Of a stretch of DNA of 44,410 nucleotides, positions 8,907 to 18,482 are shown in pieces (position 1 is the stretch's first letter; each line of letters starts with the position of its first letter). Origin of the DNA: an uncultured Chthoniobacter sp. (lineage in GTDB: Bacteria > Verrucomicrobiota > Verrucomicrobiia > Chthoniobacterales > JACTMZ01); assembly GCA_964516705.1 (NCBI GenBank), contig CAZEYV010000050.1:1-44410 (forward strand), read 5' to 3'. The translations under genes were made by a program, and so were the position numbers. The notes beneath the pieces were generated by a model. It made no database searches. It was not told where the DNA came from and saw only the letters and a program-made list of their open reading frames with translations.

Positions 8907-9329
8907 ATGAATAGCGACGTCCACAAATTGCTGCGCCTCAAGCGCTACGAGCATCCCACTCCCGATTATTTCGAGCGCTTCATCGACGAATTCCACGACC
9001 GCCAGCGGTCCGAATTGCTCCGCCAACCGGCTTGGAAACTTGCGTGGGAAAGGCTCGTCGATTCCCTGCCCGACATCCGGGTTCCGCGTCTGGCCTACGC
9101 CGCGGTCGGCGTGGCCGCCGTTGCGGTTTCCGCCGTCATTCTCGTCAGCCAACAGGACCAAGGTCTGCCCGGCACGGCGCTCGCGCTCAACGACCCGCGT
9201 CCGATGGTCAATGTCCTGCCGCCCGGTCGCGGCGATGTTCGCCTGCCTGTTTCCTCGCGTTCCGATTTCCCGCCGCATTACGTTCTCGAGGCCCGGCCGG
9301 TGAGCTATGAGTCGCCTTACAGTTTTTAG
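8907..9329 (+). CDS. Putative single-pass membrane anti-sigma factor
   Basis: Starts 3 nt after the ECF gene; charged N-terminal domain, one TM helix (LAYAAVGVAAVAVSAVILV), C-terminal tail ending YSF; the role is inferred from context. Confidence 0.7.
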   Translation: MNSDVHKLLRLKRYEHPTPDYFERFIDEFHDRQRSELLRQPAWKLAWERLVDSLPDIRVPRLAYAAVGVAAVAVSAVILVSQQDQGLPGTALALNDPRPMVNVLPPGRGDVRLPVSSRSDFPPHYVLEARPVSYESPYSF

Positions 9330-10350
9330 TCTTTGCGCCGCGCTGGCTGGCGCGGTGCAGGTGAGTCCCGCCGGAGCCAATCCGGCGGGACTGCCGCAGT
9401 CACCCGTTCTCGATGGGGACACGATGGGCGATGCCATCGAGACGACGGTGGGCAAAGTGTTCCGCGGCAGCACGGACGCCGTGGTCCGGGTCGAGTCCGG
9501 CGACGAGCTGGGCAAGGTGGCCGGCACCGGATTTTTCATCGACGCCACCGGGCATCTCTACACGCTTTCTTCGGTCGTCGGGGACGGATTGAGCATCAAC
9601 GTCACGCAAGGCGGCCGGTCGATGTCCGCCCGCCTGCTGGCCAAAGATCCGCGCAGCGGCATCGCCCTGCTCAAGGTCGATGACGCCGGCGGCGCCACAC
9701 CTTACCTGGCCACGGGCGATTGCCGGTCGCTCCGGGCGGCCTCACCGCTGGTCGTCGTCGGGTTCCCCTTCGACCACGAGGTCACCCCGAGTTTCGGCCT
9801 GGTCGGCGGTTTCGACCGCCAGTCGAAAGGAAGATTTTTCACCACCACGCACATCCGTGCGAACATCCCCGTGCAGCGCGGACAGGCCGGCAGCCCCGCG
9901 CTCAATCTCGACGGCGAAGTGGTCGGCGTGCTGGTCAGCGGTTTTGAAGAAGGTTCCGGCTGCTACGTCTTGCCCATCCGCGCCGCCGAGAAGGTGCGTG
10001 CCGACCATGCGCGTTTCGGCGAGGTACGCCACGGGTGGGCCGGTGTGACCGTGCAGGAAATTCCCGAACCGGTGCAGGGCTCGCGCATGGCCATCGACAT
10101 GGTCGACCCCTCGGGCCCGGCCGCCGCGCAGTTCCGTCCGGGGGATGTCATACTGCAGGTCGGCGATATCGCCGTGCGCGAACCCGAGGACGCCCTCGAT
10201 GCCTCCTTTTTCCTCACCGCAGGCGATCCCGTGGATGTGAAAGTGTCGCGCGCGGGCGAAGTGCTCACCCTGCCGTTCGTCGCGGGCGAACACCCCGCCG
10301 GCCGCAAGCCGAACTTCCAGGCTCTCGGACCCGGCAGTCTCGCGCCGTAG
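9307..10350 (+). CDS. HtrA/DegP-like trypsin + PDZ protein, predicted catalytically inactive
   Basis: Signal-like N-terminus, AGTGFFID, YTLSSVV, DPRSGIALLK, VQRGQAGSPALNLDGEVVGV, PDZ RHGWAGVTV...GPAAAQFRPGDVILQV. Confidence 0.88.
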   Translation: MSRLTVFSLCAALAGAVQVSPAGANPAGLPQSPVLDGDTMGDAIETTVGKVFRGSTDAVVRVESGDELGKVAGTGFFIDATGHLYTLSSVVGDGLSINVTQGGRSMSARLLAKDPRSGIALLKVDDAGGATPYLATGDCRSLRAASPLVVVGFPFDHEVTPSFGLVGGFDRQSKGRFFTTTHIRANIPVQRGQAGSPALNLDGEVVGVLVSGFEEGSGCYVLPIRAAEKVRADHARFGEVRHGWAGVTVQEIPEPVQGSRMAIDMVDPSGPAAAQFRPGDVILQVGDIAVREPEDALDASFFLTAGDPVDVKVSRAGEVLTLPFVAGEHPAGRKPNFQALGPGSLAP

Positions 10351-10431
10351 GCGCGAAGCGAATCGGGGGAACGGGCGTATCCCTGCCTGCCGGGCAGTAT
10401 TCGTGAGTCGAGAGCCTTCCGAGGCTTGGCC

Positions 10432-11391
10432 TTATTCCCCGCCGAAGACGCCCATACGCCGGAATTTTTCGTAGCGGGCGGAGAGCAATTTGGCGGTCGG
10501 TTCCTTGGCCAGGGCATCGAGATTCTGCACGAGGGATTGTTTGAGCAGTCCGGCCGCCGTCGCCATGTCATGGTGCGCGCCGCCCTGCGGTTCGGGCACG
10601 ACACCGTCGACCAGGCCGAGTTCTTTGAGGTTGCCGGCGGTGAGTTTGAGCGCCTCGGCCGCTTCGGGGGCGTGGCTGCGGTGTTTCCACAGGATCGCGG
10701 CGCAGCCTTCCGGGCTGATGACCGAATAGTAGGCGTTTTCCATGATGAGCACGCGGTCGGCCACGCCGATGCCGAGCGCGCCGCCCGATCCGCCCTCGCC
10801 GATGACCACGGCGACAATGGGGGTCTCGAGCAGCATCATTTCGCGCAGGTTGACCGCGATGGATTCCGCGATGTGCCGTTCCTCGGCACCGATGCCGGGA
10901 AAGGCGCCGGGGGTGTCGATGAGGGTGACGACGGGCAGTCGGAATTTTTCGGCCAGCCGCATGACGCGCAGCGCCTTGCGGTATCCTTCGGGGTGCGCGC
11001 TGCCGAAGTTGCGTTTGATGTTCTCCTTGGTATCCCGGCCCTTCTGGTTCGTCACCACCGCTACCGGGCGTCCGTCGATCTTGGCCAGCCCGCAGGGCAT
11101 GGAGGCGTCGTCGCCGAAAAGCCGGTCGCCGTGCAACTCGGTGAAGTCCTCGAAGCACAGGCCGAGATAATCGAGGGCGAACGGTCGGGCGGTGTGGCGC
11201 GCGATCTGCACGCGCTGCCAGGCGGTCAGGTTCCCGTAGATCTCCTTCTTCAGCGCGCCGATCTTTTTCTCGATCTTGCCGACCTCGGAGTCGACGCCGA
11301 GCTGCGTGCCGTTCGCTTTGTCGCGCAACCGGGCGACCTGCTCCTCCAGTTCGGCGATGGGTTTTTCGAAATCCAGCGGTTGGACTTTCAT
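10432..11391 (-). CDS. accA: Acetyl-CoA carboxylase carboxyltransferase alpha
   Basis: LDFEKPIAELE, ELHGDRLFGDD, PEGYRKALR, IDTPGAFPG, GEGGSGGALG, YSVISPEGCAAILW. Confidence 0.97.
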   Translation of the reverse strand: MKVQPLDFEKPIAELEEQVARLRDKANGTQLGVDSEVGKIEKKIGALKKEIYGNLTAWQRVQIARHTARPFALDYLGLCFEDFTELHGDRLFGDDASMPCGLAKIDGRPVAVVTNQKGRDTKENIKRNFGSAHPEGYRKALRVMRLAEKFRLPVVTLIDTPGAFPGIGAEERHIAESIAVNLREMMLLETPIVAVVIGEGGSGGALGIGVADRVLIMENAYYSVISPEGCAAILWKHRSHAPEAAEALKLTAGNLKELGLVDGVVPEPQGGAHHDMATAAGLLKQSLVQNLDALAKEPTAKLLSARYEKFRRMGVFGGE

Positions 11392-11452
11392 GAACGGGTA
11401 TTTTGGCCGGACCGCGGCCTTCTGGGCAGCACAAAAAACGGGACCGGGGGAC

Positions 11453-11974
11453 TCAAAGGAGCCCGCGTTTTTTCCATTCCCCGACATTTTCCCCGGCCGA
11501 GCGCCGGGCAGTGTCGAAAGCCAGCTTGAGCAGGGACACTTCCCAGGCGTCGTCCACGCTCTCGATGACGGCCTGCCGCGTGTCTCCCGTGTCGCGTGCC
11601 CGGCGCACGGCGTCGGCGATGACGCCGTCGAGGCGGCCGCTGACCACATCCTCGCGCAGGTTGCTCTTGGTGAACTGGAAACCGTAGCGCAGGAATTTGA
11701 GATCGTCTCCGTGCTGCTCGAGCCAGTCGGCGAATTCGCGCGCTTTTTCCCCGAAGCCGTCGAGCATGATCTTCGCGTAATGCTCCGGGGTGACGAGGCG
11801 CGGACGCTCCGCCTGCATGGTACCGCGGCGCAGGCGCACGCGGTCGACTTCGTCCATCAGCTCGCTGATCAGGGTGAAATCGAAGACCGTCGAGCCGAAC
11901 GTCTCGATCAACCCCGAGGGTTCGAGGTGCGTGCGCGTGTTTTCCAGCGCGTAGTGGAAGCTGTCGCGGTCCAT
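11453..11974 (-). CDS. Hypothetical protein
   Basis: 173 aa with natural composition; upstream of accA on the same strand; promoter-like TTGCAT-N16-TATCGT upstream. Confidence 0.8.
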   Translation of the reverse strand: MDRDSFHYALENTRTHLEPSGLIETFGSTVFDFTLISELMDEVDRVRLRRGTMQAERPRLVTPEHYAKIMLDGFGEKAREFADWLEQHGDDLKFLRYGFQFTKSNLREDVVSGRLDGVIADAVRRARDTGDTRQAVIESVDDAWEVSLLKLAFDTARRSAGENVGEWKKRGLL

Positions 11975-12070
11975 GGCGAAGGGCAAACGATAAGCGGGCG
12001 GCGGACGGATGCAAGCGGCGGGTCAGGTTGGCGTTGGACGACGGGGGCGCCCGCGCTACATTCGGATTCC

Positions 12071-13279
12071 ATGCCCGCGGCCGCCGCACCCAAGCGAGTC
12101 AACCTCCGCACCCCGGAGGTCATGGAGGAGGTGCAGGCCGCCGTCGAATCGCACTACCACAGCCCGATGGTCGAGCGTCTCAAGGCCGCGGGCGGGGTGG
12201 CCACCTTCGGCGACGTGACCGTGCGCCTGGCCAAGCAATTCGGCTTTTGCTACGGCGTCGAACGCGCCATCGATCTCGCCTACGCGGCGCGCAAGGTTTT
12301 CGCCGACCGCAACCTCTTCCTCGTCGGCGAAATCATCCACAATCCGGACGTCAACGCGCAGCTCGCGGCCATGGGGATCCGCACGCTGACCGGTCCGTGC
12401 AAGCTCGCCGAAATCGACCGGCTTTCCCCGGAGGATGTGGTCATCATCCCGGCTTTCGGCGCGGAAGTCGCCGTGCAGGAGCGCATCAAGGCGCGCGGTT
12501 GCCAGATTGTCGACACGACGTGCGGCGACGTGATGAGCGTCTGGAAACGCGTCCGGCAATACGCCGACGACGGCGTGACTTCCATCATCCACGGCAAGGC
12601 CGGCCACGAGGAAACGCGGGCCACGAGTTCCCGCGCCCGCGCGGCCGGCGGCGGCCGCGGGCATTTCGTGGTGGTCTACGATCTGGCCGAGGCGGACCTG
12701 GTTTGCGACTACATCCGAGGCCGCGGCGAGCGCACGGCCTTCCTCGACAAGTTCCGCCATTCCGTGTCGGACGGCTTCGATCCCGATCTTCATCTCGGCA
12801 AAGTCGGCGTGGCCAACCAGACCACGATGCTGCGTTCGGAGACCGAGGAGGTGCAGCGTCGCATCCGCGAAGCCGTCATGGCACGCGACGGGTCGGCGGG
12901 GAACTTCCGTGTCTTCGACACCATCTGCGGCGCGACGCAGGAGCGCCAGGACGCGCTCAAGGAACTGCTCGCGCAACCGCCCGACCTCATGCTGGTGGTC
13001 GGCGGTTACAACAGCTCGAACACCACGCACCTCGCCGACATGGGCAAGGAAAAGGTGCCGACTTATTTCATCCTCAATGCGGCGTGCCTGGAGTCATCCG
13101 ACCGTATCCGGCATTTCGACACGCACCGGCAGGTCGAGACCGTGGACCGCGATTGGCTGCCGTCCGGCCCGGTGAACGTGGGCATCACCGCCGGGGCTTC
13201 TTGCCCGAGCAATCTGATCGAAGACGTGCTCCGCCGACTCCTGGAGTTGCGCGGGATCGCGCCCGACGAGGCCGTCTGA
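12071..13279 (+). CDS. ispH: 4-hydroxy-3-methylbut-2-enyl diphosphate reductase
   Basis: FGFCYGVERAI, GEIIHNP, IVDTTC, HGKAGHEET, ANQTT, DTICGATQERQ, VGGYNSSNT, GITAGASCP. Confidence 0.96.
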   Translation: MPAAAAPKRVNLRTPEVMEEVQAAVESHYHSPMVERLKAAGGVATFGDVTVRLAKQFGFCYGVERAIDLAYAARKVFADRNLFLVGEIIHNPDVNAQLAAMGIRTLTGPCKLAEIDRLSPEDVVIIPAFGAEVAVQERIKARGCQIVDTTCGDVMSVWKRVRQYADDGVTSIIHGKAGHEETRATSSRARAAGGGRGHFVVVYDLAEADLVCDYIRGRGERTAFLDKFRHSVSDGFDPDLHLGKVGVANQTTMLRSETEEVQRRIREAVMARDGSAGNFRVFDTICGATQERQDALKELLAQPPDLMLVVGGYNSSNTTHLADMGKEKVPTYFILNAACLESSDRIRHFDTHRQVETVDRDWLPSGPVNVGITAGASCPSNLIEDVLRRLLELRGIAPDEAV

Positions 13280-13286
13280 TCCGCCC

Positions 13287-13757
13287 TCAAGGCAGCCCGC
13301 GACGCAAAATCTCGACCGTCGCGCCCCGCAGGGAAGCGCGCTCCAACAGTATGAAGCCGTGTTGCCGGAAGAGTCCGCCGGCCGATTCGCTGAACACATG
13401 CAGTTCTCTCTGCGCGGCCTCCGCCGCGTGGCGGACGGCCGCCGCGATCAAGCGGTGGGCGTGTCCCCGTCCGCGGAATTCGGGAAAGACATAAAGACTG
13501 GCCAGCCACGGATCGAGGTCTGGCCGCGCCTCGCAATCCCCGTGGATCAAGCTGACCGAGCCGGCCGGTCGTCCGCCCTCGCGCAGCAAAAGCGTGGCGG
13601 GCAGCGAGCCATCGGTTTTGTGCGCGGCGAACTCGGCCCGCGCCACCGTGCTGTCCCAACTGCTGTAAAGATGCCTCCACTCCGCGCCGTGCCGGTCGGC
13701 CAATTCGCCGGCCAGGGGGTCCGCTCCGTCGAGCATGGTCACCGCGATTTCAGCCAT
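13287..13757 (-). CDS. GNAT family N-acetyltransferase
   Basis: PWLASLYVFPEFRGRGHAHRLI acetyl-CoA-binding motif A. Confidence 0.87.
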   Translation of the reverse strand: MAEIAVTMLDGADPLAGELADRHGAEWRHLYSSWDSTVARAEFAAHKTDGSLPATLLLREGGRPAGSVSLIHGDCEARPDLDPWLASLYVFPEFRGRGHAHRLIAAAVRHAAEAAQRELHVFSESAGGLFRQHGFILLERASLRGATVEILRRGLP

Positions 13758-13768
13758 GCGAGCGCGGC

Positions 13769-14701
13769 TCAAGGAATGGTTGTGACCAGAACCGCGCAGC
13801 GGTCGGTCGCGGGGGAAACCGCCGGGGCGGCCGAGGCGGGCAGCAGGAAAAAGTCGCCGGTGGCAAAACGGGATTCTCCGCAGGAGACGGCGCCGCCCAC
13901 CACGGTGACCAGGGCGAAGTCGCCGGGCGGCCCGAGGACTTCCGGCGCGTCGAGGATTTTTCTCTCCACGCGGAAATGCCCGCACTCGGCGACAACACCG
14001 GATTCGACGTGCGCGAGGGGCGGGGCAAAGTCGGCAAAATCCGTCGAAAGCATCGACTCTTCGAGGTGAAGATCGCGCGGCTTGCCGTCCAAGCCGGCCC
14101 GGTTCCAGTCGAACACGCGGTAGGTGGTGTCGCTATTCTGCTGGATCTCGACGATCAGATTGCCTTCGCCGATGGCGTGGAGCCGTCCGCTCGGGATGAA
14201 AATGCTGTCCCCCGCGTGCGTGGCCAGCACGTGCAGGCACTCCTCGACCCCGCCCGCGGCCAGCTTGTCCGCGAAGTCCGCCCGCGTGACACCGTTTTTC
14301 AGACCGGCGTAAATCCGGCTCTCCGGATCACAGGCCAGGAAATACCAGACCTCCGTCTTGGGTTCCCCGCCGAGTTGCGGCGCGATGGCCGCGGGAGGGT
14401 GGACCTGCACGGACAAACGGTCGCGGGCGTCGAGCAGTTTGCAGAGCAAGGGGAAGCGCGGGCCGGCGTCCGCATGGCGCGGACCGAAGATTTCCGCGCG
14501 GTGCCGCGTCCACAATTCATGCAGCGTCTTCCCGGCCAGCGGACCGCCGGCCACCACACTCTGGGCTTCGGCCCGGTCGACGACTTCCCACGCTTCGCCG
14601 ATGGGTTGCGCGCCGGGCAAGTCGCGTCCGAGTCGCGTCGCGAATTCGCGTCCGCCCCAGACGCGTTCCATGTAGAGCGGACGGAAAGTGATCGGGTTCA
14701 T
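13769..14701 (-). CDS. manA: Mannose-6-phosphate isomerase, class I
   Basis: ERVWGG, IGEAWE, FPLLCKLLDA, LSVQVHP, KTEVWY, HAIG, EIQQNSDTTYRVFDW. Confidence 0.93.
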   Translation of the reverse strand: MNPITFRPLYMERVWGGREFATRLGRDLPGAQPIGEAWEVVDRAEAQSVVAGGPLAGKTLHELWTRHRAEIFGPRHADAGPRFPLLCKLLDARDRLSVQVHPPAAIAPQLGGEPKTEVWYFLACDPESRIYAGLKNGVTRADFADKLAAGGVEECLHVLATHAGDSIFIPSGRLHAIGEGNLIVEIQQNSDTTYRVFDWNRAGLDGKPRDLHLEESMLSTDFADFAPPLAHVESGVVAECGHFRVERKILDAPEVLGPPGDFALVTVVGGAVSCGESRFATGDFFLLPASAAPAVSPATDRCAVLVTTIP

Positions 14702-15369
14702 TTCCGGGCAGTATAAATCGACACGATGCCCGCGGCGAGAGGCCGGGTGCCCGCGTTCCGCAGATTATTTTGTTGCATCAGGTCGCACATGGCGCGGCCC
14801 GAGGGGAAGGCCTCGATCGAGGCGCCGAGGTATTCGTAGCCCGCACGGTTGCCGGTGATCATGCCGGCCACGCGCGGCAGCACGCGGTGGAGATAGAAGC
14901 GGTAAGCGGAGGCGAGGGGCGGACGCGGCAGGGAAAAGTCGAGGACGAGCAAGTGTCCGCCCGGACCTAGGACGCGCGACATTTCGCGCAGCGCGCCGGG
15001 CCATGATTCCATGTTGCGCAGGCCGAAGGCGACGGTCACGGCGTCGAACGAGCCGTCGGCGAACGGCAACCGCGTGCCGTCGGCCACGACGAGCGGGTGC
15101 AGACCCTTGCGGGCCGCGACTTGCAGCATGGGCTGGCAGAAATCCGCGCCGACGATGCGTGCCTCCGGCAAGGCCTTCCGCAAGGCCAGCGCGAGATCGC
15201 CGCTGCCGGTGGCGAGGTCGAGGATGGTCCGCGGCCGCCATGCCTTGACCATCTGCACGGCGCGCGCCCGCCAGAGGAAGTCGAGACCGCCGGACAACAC
15301 GTGGTTGGCGAGGTCGTAGCGCGCGGCGATGGCGGTGAAAATGCCGCGGACCTTGGCGGGGTTTTGCAT
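14698..15369 (-). CDS. ubiE: Ubiquinone/menaquinone biosynthesis C-methyltransferase (UbiE/MenG)
   Basis: VRGIFTAIAARYDLANHVLSGG, ILDLATGSGDLA, FDAVTVAFGLRN, YEYLGASIEAFP. Confidence 0.92.
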   Translation of the reverse strand: MQNPAKVRGIFTAIAARYDLANHVLSGGLDFLWRARAVQMVKAWRPRTILDLATGSGDLALALRKALPEARIVGADFCQPMLQVAARKGLHPLVVADGTRLPFADGSFDAVTVAFGLRNMESWPGALREMSRVLGPGGHLLVLDFSLPRPPLASAYRFYLHRVLPRVAGMITGNRAGYEYLGASIEAFPSGRAMCDLMQQNNLRNAGTRPLAAGIVSIYTARK

Positions 15370-15377
15370 CGGGTAAA

Positions 15378-15459
15378 TGCTCACGAGAGGACTCGAACCT
15401 CCACGGGTCACCCCATGCGCTTCTGAGACGCACGCGTCTGCCAGTTCCGCCACGTGAGC
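15378..15459 (-). tRNA. tRNA-Leu(CAG)
   Basis: GCTCACGTGGCGGAACTGGCAGACGCGTGCGT-CTCAGAA-GCGCATGGGGTGACCCGTGGAGGTTCGAGTCCTCTCGTGAGCA: cloverleaf with long variable arm, anticodon CAG, CCA not encoded. Confidence 0.97.
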
Positions 15460-15549
15460 AGCAGGAGCGGTTAAGTTGCACCGCCGCCGCCCCGGTGTCC
15501 ACCGGGAAAACATCGGGGCCGGACAACTTGGGTTGCGCGGCTTTGGCCT

Positions 15550-16038
15550 TTGCCGTTAGCTAAAGCCATCGCCCTGCAACACTACATCAACGCGGCCCAA
15601 GGCTACCTTGAACTGGGCATGACCGACGAGGCGCTCGCCGAACTGGAGCGTGTGCCGGTGGAGGAACGTGCCCACGAGGATGTGGCGCAGTTGCGGGTTT
15701 ACATCCTGATGCGCGGGCGCCGCTGGCCGGAGGCGCTGGCCGCCTGCGGGGCGCTGCGGGCCGAGCGTCCGGACCTCAGCCTCGGATACATCCACGGCGC
15801 TTTTTGCCTGCACGAGCTCGGCCGGACCGCGGAGGCCATGGAACTCCTGCAGCAGGGGCCGCCATCGCTGCTGCGCGAGCCGGTGTATTTTTACAACCTC
15901 GGTTGCTACCACGCGGTGCTCGGCAATCCGGAGGAGGCGCGGAGTTACCTCCAGACGAGTTTCAACATGGACGGGAAATTCCGCGAGATCGCGCGTTACG
16001 ATCCGGATTTGGAAGACGTCATCGGCAAGCTGGCATGA
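15550..16038 (+). CDS. Tetratricopeptide repeat protein
   Basis: AAQGYLELGM..EALAEL, AFCLHELGRTAEA, YNLGCYHAVLGNPEEA, ARYDPDL; TTG start uncertain. Confidence 0.85.
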   Translation: MPLAKAIALQHYINAAQGYLELGMTDEALAELERVPVEERAHEDVAQLRVYILMRGRRWPEALAACGALRAERPDLSLGYIHGAFCLHELGRTAEAMELLQQGPPSLLREPVYFYNLGCYHAVLGNPEEARSYLQTSFNMDGKFREIARYDPDLEDVIGKLA

Positions 16039-17183
16039 TCCGCGTCGACGAAGCCGCCGTGACGCGCGCGCGAACGGCGTTCGAGGACAACTTTGCCCGC
16101 GGCGGGGAAATCGGCGCCGAGGTTTGCGTCTGGCAGGACGGACGCGAAGTGCTGCGTTTCGGCGGAGGTTGGCGCGACGCGGCCGCGACGCAACCTTGGA
16201 CCGAAGACACGCTCGTCTTTTGCTGGTCGGCGACCAAAGGCCCGGCGGCGGCCTGCGCGCTGCATGCGCTGCAGGAGGCGGGCGTTCCACTCGAGGCGAC
16301 GGTCGCCTCGGTGTGGCCGGAATTCGGCGCGGCGGGCAAAGACCGGATCACTCTGGCCGAACTGCTCGCCCACCGCGCCGGCCTCTCCGCGCTCGGTCGG
16401 TCGGGGCCCGACGTTTTCGACCTCGAGGGCGTGGCCTCCGCACTGGCCGCGCAGGCTCCGGATTGGGAACCGGGTACGGCGCACGGCTACGCCCCGCGGA
16501 CTTTCGGCTATCTGCTCGACGCCCTCGTGCGTCGCACCGCGGGCAGGCCGCTCGGCGAATACTGGCGGGAAGTTTTCGGCGATCCGCTGGCCCTGGCGTT
16601 CTGGATCGGTCTGCCCCCGGAGCTGGACCATCATGTGGCGCGCATGCACGCGGCGCGCGCGGAGGATCTTCCGGAACCGGGACCGTTCGAAAACGCGCTC
16701 CGCGATCCCGCCACGCTGACCGCCCGGTCCTTCGCGCAACCGCAGGGTCTGGCCGGCGCCGCGGCGACCAACCGGCCGGAAGTCTGGCGCGCGTCCATCC
16801 CGTCTTTCGGCGGCATCGGCAACGCCCGATCGCTCGCGCGGTTTTACCAGCGTCTGGCCGCCGGGGAATTTTTCCGCGGTTCGTGGCGCGAGGCGCTCAC
16901 CCGGCGCGCGAGCAACGGACCCGATCTCGTGCTGCAACAACCGACGGCGTTTTCCGCCGGCTTCATGATGGATCCCCTCGATCCATCCGGTGCGAAACAG
17001 CGCGCGACCTTCGGTCCGTCGGCCGATGCCTTCGGCCACCCGGGAGCCGGCGGCAGTCTCGCCTTCGCCGACCCGGAAAACCGCATCGGTTTCGCCTATG
17101 TGATGAACCGCATGGAAGGTGGCGTCCTGCGCGAGACGCGCCCCGCATGGCTGGTGCGGGCGCTTTATGGAGTTGAGGGTTGA
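16035..17183 (+). CDS. Serine hydrolase, beta-lactamase class C / EstA-like
   Basis: WSATK (SxxK), LLAHRAGL, PGTAHGY, FGHPGAGGS; ATGA overlap with the TPR gene. Confidence 0.9.
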   Translation: MIRVDEAAVTRARTAFEDNFARGGEIGAEVCVWQDGREVLRFGGGWRDAAATQPWTEDTLVFCWSATKGPAAACALHALQEAGVPLEATVASVWPEFGAAGKDRITLAELLAHRAGLSALGRSGPDVFDLEGVASALAAQAPDWEPGTAHGYAPRTFGYLLDALVRRTAGRPLGEYWREVFGDPLALAFWIGLPPELDHHVARMHAARAEDLPEPGPFENALRDPATLTARSFAQPQGLAGAAATNRPEVWRASIPSFGGIGNARSLARFYQRLAAGEFFRGSWREALTRRASNGPDLVLQQPTAFSAGFMMDPLDPSGAKQRATFGPSADAFGHPGAGGSLAFADPENRIGFAYVMNRMEGGVLRETRPAWLVRALYGVEG

Positions 17184-17200
17184 GGGATGAGGGTCGAGAG
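17173..17200. repeat. Four-unit degenerate heptamer tandem array
   Basis: ttgaggg ttgaggg atgaggg tcgagag, spanning the serine hydrolase stop codon. Confidence 0.7.
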
Positions 17201-17209
17201 TTTTCGCCG

Positions 17210-17635
17210 ATGATCGCGAAGTCCGGGAGTTTTGCCATCCGCACCCGCGGCCGCGGGAGTTACGAGATCACCGGGGAGGTCGCGCGCCTCCTCGAGTCCT
17301 CCGGATTGCAGGAAGGGATCGTCACCGTGTTCGTCCGGCATACCAGCGCCAGTCTCGTCATCTTCGAAAACGCCGACCCCTCGGCCCGCGCCGACCTGCA
17401 CGAGTTCCTCGACCGCCTCGCGCCCGACGGTGAGCCTTGGCATGTGCACACCATGGAGGGTCCGGACGACACGGCGAGCCACCTGCGCATGACCGTGACC
17501 CGCACGAGCGAAACCATCCCGGTGACGTCCGGCCGCATGGCGCTCGGCACGTGGCAGGGAATTTTTCTCCTCGAACACCGCCATGCGCCGCACCGGCGGG
17601 AAATCGTCGTGTCGATCCTCGGGGCCGGGGCCTGA
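17210..17635 (+). CDS. yjbQ: YjbQ / UPF0047 family protein
   Basis: HTSASLVIFENADP, HTMEGPDD..SH, LGTWQGIFLLEH. Confidence 0.92.
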   Translation: MIAKSGSFAIRTRGRGSYEITGEVARLLESSGLQEGIVTVFVRHTSASLVIFENADPSARADLHEFLDRLAPDGEPWHVHTMEGPDDTASHLRMTVTRTSETIPVTSGRMALGTWQGIFLLEHRHAPHRREIVVSILGAGA

Positions 17636-17701
17636 AGGCCCCGGCTTGGAGTCACGCGCACCATTGACCTCGGCGCGCCGGTTCTGGGATGCTCGGCGCT
17701 T

Positions 17702-18478
17702 ATGAGCAAAGGAATTCTCGAAGGCAAAACAGGGGTGGTTTTCGGCGTGGCCAACAAACGCAGCATCGCGTGGGCCATCGCCAAAGCCTGGAAGGAGGCG
17801 GGGGCGGATCTCATCTTCAACTACCAGGGCGAGAGGGTGAAGGAAAACGTCGAGGAATTGGTCGCGGAATTCGGCGCGGACGTCCCGGTTTACCCCTGCG
17901 ATGTTTCCCAGGACGGGGAAATCGCCGCGTTCTTCGACCAAGTGAAAGAGCGCACCGGCCGACTTGACTTGCTGCTCCATTCCGTGGCCTTCGCCCCCAA
18001 GGAGGCTCTGGAGGGTGACTTTGTTTCGACCTCGCGCTCCGCGTTTTCCACCGCGCTGGACATCAGCGCCTACTCGCTGGTCGCGCTCTCGCGCGCGGCG
18101 GCACCGATGATGACCTCCGGCGGCAGCATCGTGGCCATGAGCTACCTCGGCAGTGTGAAAGTCGTGCCCCATTACAACGTGATGGGCGTGGCCAAAGCGG
18201 CGCTCGAATCGTCGACCCGCTATCTCGCCTACGACCTCGGTGCGAAAAAAATCCGCGTGAATTGCATCAGTGCCGGCCCCGTGCAGACGCTCGCGGCCCG
18301 CGGCATCGCCGGATTTTCGTCCATGATGAAAGTCTACGAGGAACACGCCCCGCTCAAACGCAGTTGCGAGACGTCCGAACTCGGGGCAACCGGCGTTTTT
18401 CTCGCCAGCGACGGCGCGGCGTCCATCACCGGCCAGGTGCTTTACGTGGACGGCGGCTACGAGATCATGGGAATGTAA
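17702..18478 (+). CDS. fabI: Enoyl-ACP reductase
   Basis: GVANKRSIAWAIA, HSVAFAP, ISAYSL, YNVMGVAKAALE, ISAGPVQTLAA. Confidence 0.97.
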   Translation: MSKGILEGKTGVVFGVANKRSIAWAIAKAWKEAGADLIFNYQGERVKENVEELVAEFGADVPVYPCDVSQDGEIAAFFDQVKERTGRLDLLLHSVAFAPKEALEGDFVSTSRSAFSTALDISAYSLVALSRAAAPMMTSGGSIVAMSYLGSVKVVPHYNVMGVAKAALESSTRYLAYDLGAKKIRVNCISAGPVQTLAARGIAGFSSMMKVYEEHAPLKRSCETSELGATGVFLASDGAASITGQVLYVDGGYEIMGM

Positions 18479-18482
18479 GCGC

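Noticed and set aside
11276-12070. Apparent 265-aa N-terminal extension of IspH
   Set aside because: Overlaps real minus-strand genes; a promoter sits directly before ATG 12071.
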